Shown here: positions 1 through 7,552 of the stretch, in pieces
Numbering within the stretch: position 1 is the first letter of the stretch
Layout of the letters: the number at the start of each line of letters is the position of its first letter
DNA from: a virus
Length of the DNA: 64,000 nucleotides
IMG/VR virus record: IMGVR_UViG_3300031965_000011
Location: 1 to 64,000 of that record
Reading direction: 5' to 3' (one strand)
Translations under genes and position numbers: made by a program
Notes under the pieces: model-generated
What the model was told of the DNA's origin: nothing
The model's database searches: none
Seen by the model: only the letters and a program-made list of their open reading frames with translations

Positions 1-32
1 AGACCAGCGCGGCTGCGAGCGCTGCGCTTGAC

Positions 33-335
33 GTGTCCGCCCTGGCCGAAGACTTCACGATAGAGGTGGAGATTTCCAAGGCCGCCGGCGATGGCTTGAT
101 CCAGATCGAGACGGTTGCCGCCGCCGATTTTACCGGCACCGTCCAGGTGATCGGAGTGGTCGGCTGGAATGGTCCGATCGATGCCAGCGCACCGGTCAAG
201 CATACGTTCCGCAAGCATGACCTGATGAACGGCAATTTCGGCGTCACGAACGGCAAGGTGCGCGTCAACCTGACCAAGGTTACGACTGACGTGACTTCTG
301 AGTCGCGCATCCGTACCGGCGTCGCTCTGAGCTAG
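33..335 (+). CDS. Structural protein, probably the 3-prime end of a longer gene (frame is open to the window edge)
   Basis: No in-frame stop between position 3 and 33. Followed by a GC-rich stem-loop, as often seen after abundant capsid or decoration genes. Confidence 0.35.
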   Translation: MSALAEDFTIEVEISKAAGDGLIQIETVAAADFTGTVQVIGVVGWNGPIDASAPVKHTFRKHDLMNGNFGVTNGKVRVNLTKVTTDVTSESRIRTGVALS

Positions 336-358
336 TCCCCATAACCCCCAACCCCCAA

Positions 359-395
359 GAGAGGGGCCGCTGGCCTCCTCGGCTAAGCCCCTCTC
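359..395 (+). terminator. Stem-loop (GAGAGGGGC ... GCCCCTCTC) downstream of the first ORF; no T-tract
   Basis: 9-bp perfect inverted repeat at 359-367 / 387-395, read directly from the sequence. The missing U-tract makes terminator function uncertain. Confidence 0.3.
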
Positions 396-402
396 GCTCC
401 CC

Positions 403-1350
403 ATGCTCTGGACAGATCAACAGTTCGTCAAGGCCGCCGATCTCGACGCCTTGGAGCCGCGCTTGACGCAGGCTACCGAGGATTCGAGCAAGGTGGACGC
501 TGATGCCGTGGTCGTCCATACGCTCGACATGCTCGGTCAAGAGATCGAGCCGCTATTGCGCTCCTACGGCGGCGCGTACGATTCCTCCGGGCTGGGCGAC
601 AACCACATGCGCGCGGTGATGAATACCGGGCGCGGCTATCCTGGCCGGGCCGTATTCCTTGAGCAGATCATCGTCGACGATCCTGACCGCAATACGGTCA
701 ATTCCGCGCTGCTTGCGTGGGCTCAGGCCCGCTGTATCATCGCGGTGTATGTCGCCGCCTCCGCCCGCGTGGAAGACGACCGCTGGTCGCAACGTGCGGA
801 TGAATGGCGCGTGATCGCGGGCGAGCGCTGGCGGACGCTGGCGAAAGAGATTCCCGCCGTCCGTAACCCGTTACCGGCTCCTGGTTCATGGCGGTTGAAG
901 GATCCCGGATCATTCGGCGCGTCGGATATCGTAGCCGCTTCGGGCGGTACGGACTGGCCTGCGGATACTTACTACGCCGCGATCACTTGGACCGGCGCCG
1001 GCTATACGAGCGCTGCGGTGCGCGGCAACTCTGAATCGGCCCCGTGCGAGGCGGTCAAATTTACGCTGACGCTGAATCAGAAGGCGACGTTCTCCATAGA
1101 GAGCCTCAACACACCGCCGCCTGTGAACCAAGGCGTCGAGCGCCGCATCATTCCGTGGATGGGCGCGACGGGTTGGAATCTGTACGTCGGCACGTCGGCA
1201 ACAGATTTGCGGTTGCAGAATGCAAGCCCGATCCCGGTTGCGACGACTTCACTTGAATTGCTGGCGTTTGACCCGGCTGGCGCGAAGGTGCAGCGCGGGC
1301 AGTCGCCGGATGGCGTCGTGAGTGTTGAGCGGACTAGTGGGCTGGGGTAA
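403..1350 (+). CDS. Hypothetical virion protein
   Basis: 315-aa ORF in the structural operon, tightly packed with its neighbours. No motif recognised. Confidence 0.5.
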   Translation: MLWTDQQFVKAADLDALEPRLTQATEDSSKVDADAVVVHTLDMLGQEIEPLLRSYGGAYDSSGLGDNHMRAVMNTGRGYPGRAVFLEQIIVDDPDRNTVNSALLAWAQARCIIAVYVAASARVEDDRWSQRADEWRVIAGERWRTLAKEIPAVRNPLPAPGSWRLKDPGSFGASDIVAASGGTDWPADTYYAAITWTGAGYTSAAVRGNSESAPCEAVKFTLTLNQKATFSIESLNTPPPVNQGVERRIIPWMGATGWNLYVGTSATDLRLQNASPIPVATTSLELLAFDPAGAKVQRGQSPDGVVSVERTSGLG

Positions 1351-1356
1351 TGCCGT

Positions 1357-2202
1357 GTGGCTGACTCTCACGACATCGCCGCAATTCTCGCGGAACATGA
1401 CGCATGGGTAGACGCCAAGGCGCTTACCTTTCGCGAGCGCATGCTGCGAATCGCGGAGATCGCGGCGCTCTACGCGGCGCGCACGATTGAGCGCCAAGCC
1501 GTACGCGACGGATTGATTGTCAGCGGCGCTCTGGTCCCCAAGGCGTCAGCTCAACGGCTCATGCGCCGGGCCGATCAGATCTTTCTTGACCGGCTGGAGA
1601 AGGAAGGTTGGTTTCTGACCGTCGAAGCCTTGACGGCGCAGCTGGCCGTACCAGGCACGCAGCAGCGGCAAGCGATCCTATTCGACCGGACCTTCAAGGC
1701 GATCAATTCCGGGCTCAAGAAACCGCTGCCTATGCCTGATTGGCGGGCCGATGACCGGCGCTATTTCGAAAGCCGACGCATCACCACTTCGCAGGCTCTC
1801 AATTACGAAGTCGAACGCATCGCCAAGTCGGCAACGAATCGCGTACTGCTCAACTCCGGCGCGGTTTCATTTTCGGAGCTGATGACGGTGCTGACGACGA
1901 CGATCGGCAGAGGATTCAACAATCTCGAATCGCTTGCGGCCACCGCGCTCTCCACGCACTATCGGACGCTGCATGACCGATCGTTCACGTTGATCGAAGA
2001 GCAAGCTGACGTCAAACTGAAGCTGACCTACTCGGGGCCGCGCGACAAACGGAACCGGCCTTTCTGTAGGCGCATGTTGAGCGAGGGGCCGCGCACGCGG
2101 GCGGAGATTCAGAAGCTCAGGGCTCCGGGCGGATTGCCCGTGCTGACGGCGGGCGGCGGTTATAACTGCCGGCACGTGTGGATCATGACAGACGTGAAAT
2201 AA
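1357..2202 (+). CDS. Mu gpF / SPP1 gp7-like minor head (morphogenesis) protein
   Basis: C-terminal ...RDKRNRPFCRRMLSEG...GGGYNCRHVW resembles the D-x-R-T-C...H-P-N-C-R-C signature of the Mu F family. Confidence 0.45.
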   Translation: MADSHDIAAILAEHDAWVDAKALTFRERMLRIAEIAALYAARTIERQAVRDGLIVSGALVPKASAQRLMRRADQIFLDRLEKEGWFLTVEALTAQLAVPGTQQRQAILFDRTFKAINSGLKKPLPMPDWRADDRRYFESRRITTSQALNYEVERIAKSATNRVLLNSGAVSFSELMTVLTTTIGRGFNNLESLAATALSTHYRTLHDRSFTLIEEQADVKLKLTYSGPRDKRNRPFCRRMLSEGPRTRAEIQKLRAPGGLPVLTAGGGYNCRHVWIMTDVK

Positions 2203-2766
2203 ATGCCGGATTATGGATGGATTCAGGGCGGCGTCGCTATCATTGTTGCCGGCGTGATTGGCGGAATCTGGCGAGCTATCGCACAGATTCGGAAGGACAC
2301 CAAGAGAACAAAAGAGCAAACCGAGCCGAACGGCGGATACTCGCTGTGCGATGCGGTCAACCGAATCGAGGCGTGCTTGGTCACGATCCGCAAGGAATTG
2401 GCTTTTCAGCGTTGCGAAGCGATCCTCACCAGCGACCTTTCCAAGAGAGCTACGTTTCGCACCGATGCGGACGGCAGCAATATCGATGTGAGCCGGTCGT
2501 ATGGCCGGTCGCTGGGGTACCTGATTGAAGACCTACAAGGCGAGCGCTGGCGGCAGATTATCCACCCCGACGATCAAGACGCCTACATGGCGCGACTGAA
2601 AGCCGCTATCGCCACGCAGGGCCGACTGGAGTCGCAAGTGCGACTAGTCAAGGCCGACGGTTCTTTCGTGCGAACGTTCGTGCAGGCTGAGCCGGTCGTG
2701 ATCGACGGAGTATTCCACGGGCTAGCAGGCGAATGGAAGCAAGTTGCCGATCCAGCTCCAAGGTAA
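2203..2766 (+). CDS. Membrane-anchored PAS-domain protein
   Basis: N-terminal hydrophobic helix GGVAIIVAGVIGGIW. C-terminal half FRTDADGSNIDVSRSYGRSLGYLIEDLQGERWRQIIHPDDQ...VRLVKADGSFVRTFVQAEPV matches the PAS_3/PAS_4 pattern. Confidence 0.6.
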   Translation: MPDYGWIQGGVAIIVAGVIGGIWRAIAQIRKDTKRTKEQTEPNGGYSLCDAVNRIEACLVTIRKELAFQRCEAILTSDLSKRATFRTDADGSNIDVSRSYGRSLGYLIEDLQGERWRQIIHPDDQDAYMARLKAAIATQGRLESQVRLVKADGSFVRTFVQAEPVVIDGVFHGLAGEWKQVADPAPR

Positions 2767-3364
2767 TGCGGATGCCATTGCAAGGCGGATACTGTCGCTG
2801 ACCGAGATTCAACCTGGCGATGCTAAGGCCTTAGCAGAGATCAAGCGCGCGGACATCCTGCAATCGACGGCGCGCGGGCTCGACGCGAACGATAACGCGC
2901 TGGCGCCATATTCGGATAAGGGGCCGGTCTATATCGACCTAGGCGGGCGTGCAGGCGGATCGAAGCGAAGCAGTAGGGCGTCGAAGGTCAGGGCAACACG
3001 CAACCGCGTCCGGCGGGGCCGCAAGGTTACGCCGTTTGGCTCGACAACGCCGGGCGGCAGACTCAAGGCGAAGTCGTACAAGTGGTTCAAGGCATCGTGG
3101 CTAGGCCGCGCCGCTGTGGACCTAACCGGCGCGCGCGCGCCGCACATGATGCAGGCCATCGTTTCGCGGCTAACGGGCCGCACGGCGGAAGGCGAACGCG
3201 CTGAGATCAGCTTCCAGGATCCCCAGAAAGAAGAGATCGCCTCCGGGCACCAGAGGGGCGCGGGCCGCTTGCCCCGTCGTCCGTTCTTCGAGTTTGGCCG
3301 CAACGATGTACGGGAGCTCACCCAACGATGGCTGGACATGACTCGCGGTCGGTTGAGGCGATAG
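2744..3364 (+). CDS. Virion morphogenesis / tail-completion protein (Mu gpG, P2 gpS, HK97 gp10-like)
   Basis: ...SGHQRGAGRLPRRPFFEFGRNDVREL resembles the HQfGg..iPaRPFLg motif. TTG start. Lies near the gpF-like gene, as gpG does in Mu. Confidence 0.45.
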   Translation: MPIQLQGNADAIARRILSLTEIQPGDAKALAEIKRADILQSTARGLDANDNALAPYSDKGPVYIDLGGRAGGSKRSSRASKVRATRNRVRRGRKVTPFGSTTPGGRLKAKSYKWFKASWLGRAAVDLTGARAPHMMQAIVSRLTGRTAEGERAEISFQDPQKEEIASGHQRGAGRLPRRPFFEFGRNDVRELTQRWLDMTRGRLRR

Positions 3365-3732
3365 GGCTGACGGTTTTATCTGGCGAGCTTTGGCTGGACA
3401 GTCTTCGCACATTGGTCGATCTGTGGGCGGTCCTTCTGAGGCTGGAGGACTGGGATATAGACGTTGCGGTGGTTCGGCGCAAGGATTCGCCCTGCACAGA
3501 TGCGCTCGCTTATGTAGAGCACTGGCGGCAACGCAAGAGCGCTCGGATTACGCTGATCAACCCTATCGACTGGTCGAGCACGGACCTGAGTGGCGATGAA
3601 ATCGTCCGCGTTGTAGGCCACGAGCTAATGCACTTGCATTTCCGCCAAGCGGGATACGCCCCGGACGAGAACGAAGAGGCGGAAGAGTTGTTGATCAATG
3701 ACCTTCTCCGGTCCATTGTTGCCCTGATATGA
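3328..3732 (+). CDS. Small HExxH-motif protein (putative zinc metallopeptidase fold)
   Basis: VVGHELMHLHF motif near the C-terminus. The start is uncertain because it overlaps the upstream gene by 37 nt. Confidence 0.45.
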   Translation: MAGHDSRSVEAIGLTVLSGELWLDSLRTLVDLWAVLLRLEDWDIDVAVVRRKDSPCTDALAYVEHWRQRKSARITLINPIDWSSTDLSGDEIVRVVGHELMHLHFRQAGYAPDENEEAEELLINDLLRSIVALI

Positions 3733-4280
3733 ATCCCGCATTCGAGCTAACCAAGGCCGCTCTCGACGCATCGGTGGAGCGGCTGGCAAACGCGAGCACG
3801 GGATTCAACGCCGTGTGCGGCGCGATGGCAATCGAGCGGTCGCTACAGGCCCCGGTGATCGACTTTGCGAGTCCTGGCCGCAATTTCTATCTGGCCTACG
3901 TCACGCTGCCTGATTTCGTGCGCTATGCCGGGTTGCGCGACTTCCCGGCCATGGCCCTATGGGTGGCAGGGTTCGCCAACGAGCAGCGCGGCAATCAGCA
4001 GCATACGTTTCACGGCTACGTGGATATGAGCCTAGCGCTCTATCTGACCTTGCCGAATACGCAACTGCCGCCGGACTTCGAGGGCGGCCAGCCGTCGCTA
4101 ATGCTCGACGCGGCGGTGCAGACCATCGGTGCGCGGCCCTGGAGTGGGTTCGGCGGCTACGAGTGCGTCAACTACAACGGCGTGATCGGCGCGGTCCGCG
4201 GCCCCATCGGCGTCAAGGAAGGCGAAGGCATGGCGCAGGCTTGGCAGCTTACTTATCGGCTCAACATCACGGCGAATTAA
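3729..4280 (+). CDS. Hypothetical structural protein
   Basis: ATGA start/stop overlap with the upstream gene. 183 aa. Confidence 0.5.
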   Translation: MNPAFELTKAALDASVERLANASTGFNAVCGAMAIERSLQAPVIDFASPGRNFYLAYVTLPDFVRYAGLRDFPAMALWVAGFANEQRGNQQHTFHGYVDMSLALYLTLPNTQLPPDFEGGQPSLMLDAAVQTIGARPWSGFGGYECVNYNGVIGAVRGPIGVKEGEGMAQAWQLTYRLNITAN

Positions 4281-4290
4281 CGGAGGCAGG

Positions 4291-4704
4291 ATGAAGCAGG
4301 TTTACCTATACGTCGGCGGAGGCGTCGCCGAGATCACGCCGCACGGCAGCGAGCGCAAGGATTTCGTCAAGCTAAGCCGATTCGGTCAGAAGATCGAACT
4401 CGACGAGCCCAAGCAGTACCGCGAATGCGTACTGGCCGGCGTCGCGCTGTTGACCGAACAAGAGTTGGCGGCTATCGGTTTTGATGAAGACGCACTGAAG
4501 CAGCTTAGCCGCGGCGGACGAGAGTCGGTCTCGCGGTTCGACCCGCTTAATCCGAATCGCTCGAACGCGATCAATCTCAAGCTGCTGAAGCTTGACGAAG
4601 CGGTCGGCAAGTCACGAGCCGCCGCGCGGAATCCGCAAGTCGCGCCGAAGCCCCCCGCGCCGAAACCCGAACCCAAATCCGAACCCGCTGGAGGTGAGAA
4701 CTAA
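4291..4704 (+). CDS. Hypothetical structural protein with a Pro/Lys/Glu-rich C-terminus
   Basis: 137 aa ending PKPPAPKPEPKSEPAGGEN. TAATG overlap with the next gene. Confidence 0.5.
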   Translation: MKQVYLYVGGGVAEITPHGSERKDFVKLSRFGQKIELDEPKQYRECVLAGVALLTEQELAAIGFDEDALKQLSRGGRESVSRFDPLNPNRSNAINLKLLKLDEAVGKSRAAARNPQVAPKPPAPKPEPKSEPAGGEN

Positions 4705-5939
4705 TGAGCTTTGTAGCTGCATCTTCGCGCGACGAGCGCTTGTACTTAATCCTCCAGTCGGTATTCAGCACGCTGAATCACACCGGGGGAGACTCTGACG
4801 TCGCCGGATCGGACGCGATCCGTTTCGCCAACTTCGGGCTGTCGGGAATCTCGAATCTCGCCAACTCACGGAATAAGACCGGCAACCGCGAGAACGCACA
4901 AGGCGTCATCACGGGCCGCGGCGCTCAGTCCACGCTGGAATTCGACTTAGAGCTCTCCGGTACGCCGGGCACGGCGCCGCAGCAGGGCAAGATCTTCTCT
5001 TCCGCGTTGGGCGACGCCGCGCCGGCCATCGGTACGGGAGCCAGCGCTATCAGTGGTTCCGCCGACAACGGATCGGGCAAGATCCGCGTCACCCAAGCCA
5101 CGCACGGCTACGACTCGGGAGACGCAGTCCGCATTCAGGGCCACAGCCTCTCGGAGCTGAACTACACGTGGCTGATTACGGTCAACGACGCCAACACCTA
5201 TGACCTGATCGGACCGGACTTCACGGCGAACGGCACGGGCGGCACGGGCTCGCGCGTCCATGCAACCTACACGGACGGCGACGACGCAGTCGTGCCTTTC
5301 GAAGCGCATGACCGGCGCGACGGCGGATCGGACATGCACGAAGCCATCGGCGTCGGCTGTCTGATCTCTTCGCTGGAGCTGCGGGCGGGTGAAGACTTCC
5401 TGCAGGTTTCGGCCCAAGTCGCCGCCGCCTGGGATCTGGCCAAGGGCTACTTTTCCACGGCTTCCACGGCGGAGAAGGCCGGGTTGACTTCGTTCCCGGC
5501 TGAGCCTACGCCTTCGTATGTCGGCGGGCCGGTCTCGGGCCGCGAGGGATACCTGATCGTCGACGGCAATGTCGTCGAGTCCGGCTTGCGGATCGGCTTC
5601 ACGGTCAACACCGGCTTTGCTTATCCCACGCCTGACCGCAACGGCTTCAACGCCCTGCTGGCCTCTCGCGTACTGAAGGGCGAAAAAACGGTCACCTGCG
5701 ACCTCGGCACGGTGCTTGCGGCTGATCCGTATTTGGTCAATATGTTCACCAAGGCTCGGACCAAAGAGCCGGTCAACATCTACGCAACGCTCGGCTCGGT
5801 GGCCGGCAAGATGCTCATCATCGCGGTGGACAATGTCCAGCTGGATAGCCCGCAGTTGCAAGACGCGGACCCTGAAAAGGACGCCAACTTCACCGGCTCG
5901 GCGTTCAGCCCGCACAACGTGCGGATCATCTGCGCTTAG
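4704..5939 (+). CDS. Putative major tail (tube) protein with an inserted HGYxxGD beta-module
   Basis: Lies two genes upstream of the chaperone/tape-measure pair, with a strong terminator after the following small gene. Residues about 125-170 (GKIRVTQATHGYDSGDAVRIQG...WLITVNDANTYDL) recur in the J-like protein. Confidence 0.45.
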   Translation: MSFVAASSRDERLYLILQSVFSTLNHTGGDSDVAGSDAIRFANFGLSGISNLANSRNKTGNRENAQGVITGRGAQSTLEFDLELSGTPGTAPQQGKIFSSALGDAAPAIGTGASAISGSADNGSGKIRVTQATHGYDSGDAVRIQGHSLSELNYTWLITVNDANTYDLIGPDFTANGTGGTGSRVHATYTDGDDAVVPFEAHDRRDGGSDMHEAIGVGCLISSLELRAGEDFLQVSAQVAAAWDLAKGYFSTASTAEKAGLTSFPAEPTPSYVGGPVSGREGYLIVDGNVVESGLRIGFTVNTGFAYPTPDRNGFNALLASRVLKGEKTVTCDLGTVLAADPYLVNMFTKARTKEPVNIYATLGSVAGKMLIIAVDNVQLDSPQLQDADPEKDANFTGSAFSPHNVRIICA

Positions 5940-5947
5940 GGGGATCG

Positions 5948-6490
5948 ATGCCAGGCTACAAGGAAGTGCCCGAGCACTACAAGCACCCGGTCGGACCTTA
6001 TCGCCAAGCGCCTGCCGAATTCGGCGGGGAATGGTGGCTGGTCAGTCCCTTCAGCGGTCCGGAACCGTGGGCGCGGCAAGCCCGCCCTGACAAAGAGTTG
6101 CCGCCGGGGTTCGAAGCGATCTTCGGCAAGCGGCGCGACCCGCGCAATTACCCGAGCTATCAGTCCTACAAAGTCGATCAAACGATATGGGATCAAGAGC
6201 TTGACAACTACGTCAAGCCGGGGCCGCCCGACGGCGTGTCGCAAGAGACGGTCAACAACGCGGCCAACCTGACGCACGAATGGGGGCTTGGCGATCTGGT
6301 CTTCTATCTCAACAAGCAGCCGGTCCTCGGTTGGCGCGCGGTTTGGGTGAGCGGACCGATTCAAGGCTTCGACCTGGCTGCTGATTTTGTCCTCAACTAC
6401 ACCCATCACGCCATTGGCATCTATCAGTGGGAAATGCTGAATCGCGGAATTACCGTGCCGCGGATTCACCCCATCGTTTACCCGACTTAG
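5948..6490 (+). CDS. Hypothetical protein
   Basis: 180-aa ORF immediately upstream of an intrinsic terminator. Confidence 0.5.
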   Translation: MPGYKEVPEHYKHPVGPYRQAPAEFGGEWWLVSPFSGPEPWARQARPDKELPPGFEAIFGKRRDPRNYPSYQSYKVDQTIWDQELDNYVKPGPPDGVSQETVNNAANLTHEWGLGDLVFYLNKQPVLGWRAVWVSGPIQGFDLAADFVLNYTHHAIGIYQWEMLNRGITVPRIHPIVYPT

Positions 6491-6504
6491 GTTTCTCCCT
6501 AACT

Positions 6505-6545
6505 CACGGGCCGCCTTCGTCATGGTGGGCGGCCCGTGGTTTTTT
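6505..6545 (+). terminator. Rho-independent terminator
   Basis: 11-bp perfect stem CACGGGCCGCC (6505-6515) / GGCGGCCCGTG (6528-6538) followed by a T6 run at 6540-6545. Confidence 0.7.
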
Positions 6546-6548
6546 CTC

Positions 6549-7217
6549 ATGAAAATCTCACGTACCGAAAAGATCGTCTCGACGGTCGATCCGTCCGTCA
6601 TCTTCCACCTGAAGCCCTGGAATGAGCGGCGCCGCACGAAAACGTCGTTTCAGTCGCTTGAAGCGTCGCAGCGCAAAGAGGACCTTCGCCTAGAGCAGAT
6701 CGCCGTCGACCGCAAGTACAATATCCCGGTTGAGTTCGAAGACTCCAAGGAGTATCTTGCCGAACTGAGCGAAGACGAAATCCGCGAGCGCGAAGAAGCT
6801 CTAATCAAAGCCGAACCACTGTATAAATCCGCTGACATGCGTGACGTGCGGTTGCTGCATATCTCGCGCGAGGTCGCTATCGCCAAGCTGCCAGCCGAAG
6901 ACTACCGGGCGCGAAACAAAGAGTGCGCTCCGGTTGTCGCCGAAATCAAGACAATCGAGCACGAGTTGCTGTGTCCTGTTTGGCTGCATGCTGGATTAGC
7001 GCGCATCGAAGGCGCTGAAGACGAAGACGGCAATCCTCTGAGTATTGATGACTTTATCGAACTGGCGCCGCAAGCGCTGGTCGATGAGGCCTACGTGCTG
7101 ATCTTACTGCGGGCGCGACTGAACGGAGACGAAGCAAAAAACTCCGATTCGCCTTCCACTTCCGGCGCAGCGGAGGTTGGCGAAAAGACGGATTCGACTG
7201 CGCCAAGTGCAAGCTAG
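6549..7217 (+). CDS. Tail assembly chaperone (lambda gpG analogue)
   Basis: Acidic protein directly upstream of the tape measure. Start moved to ATG 6549 because the 6522 start lies inside the terminator hairpin. Confidence 0.6.
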   Translation: MKISRTEKIVSTVDPSVIFHLKPWNERRRTKTSFQSLEASQRKEDLRLEQIAVDRKYNIPVEFEDSKEYLAELSEDEIREREEALIKAEPLYKSADMRDVRLLHISREVAIAKLPAEDYRARNKECAPVVAEIKTIEHELLCPVWLHAGLARIEGAEDEDGNPLSIDDFIELAPQALVDEAYVLILLRARLNGDEAKNSDSPSTSGAAEVGEKTDSTAPSAS

Positions 7218-7552
7218 CCGAGAAATACAAGGACCGCAACTGCGAGAAGTACTTCCCCGAGCTATCCGATCCGTTCCGGCTGACTTCGGCATGGCGGCCG
7301 GCTTACAAGCACCGCGACGACAAGTCGAGGCCGCTGCCCGAGTTATCCACGATTGAATGCCCGGTTTCGCGCATCACCGGCGAATCAAAACGCATGGTCG
7401 AGCTCTGGAACCGCTGGCGCACGGCTGAGATTCGACCGACCGAAAAGACCGACCCGCGCATCGTGGAAGCCTTCGCGCTTCTCGATGCCGAGCGCCTGTT
7501 CGTCGAGGCGATTGAGAGATCGTCCGACGACGAGTGGCGCAAGATCCGATGA
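6549..7552 (+). CDS. Frameshifted tail assembly chaperone (gpGT analogue) made by a -1 shift at 7136-7142
   Basis: The -1 frame is open from 7088 to the TGA at 7550-7552 and has no ATG until codon 7391-7393 (M of ...SKRMVEL...), so it is unlikely to initiate independently over most of its length. Heptamer A_AAA_AAC in the zero frame. Its stop overlaps the tape-measure ATG (ATGA). Confidence 0.6.
7136..7142 (+). promoter_or_regulatory. -1 programmed ribosomal frameshift slippery heptamer A_AAA_AAC
   Basis: Zero-frame codons GCA AAA AAC fit the X_XXY_YYZ pattern and sit inside the overlap of the two chaperone frames. Confidence 0.6.

Noticed and set aside
4947-5915. Long antisense ORFs opposite structural and replication genes (also 34864..35859, 21817..22500, 24373..25098, 9249..9872, 57375..58127, 57470..58222, 53892..54455, 49948..50520)
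   Set aside because: They are high-GC shadow frames: Arg/Ala/Gly/Pro-rich and stop-poor because of codon position-3 GC bias. They have no motifs, and each is fully overlapped by a sense-strand gene with clear motifs or operon context.
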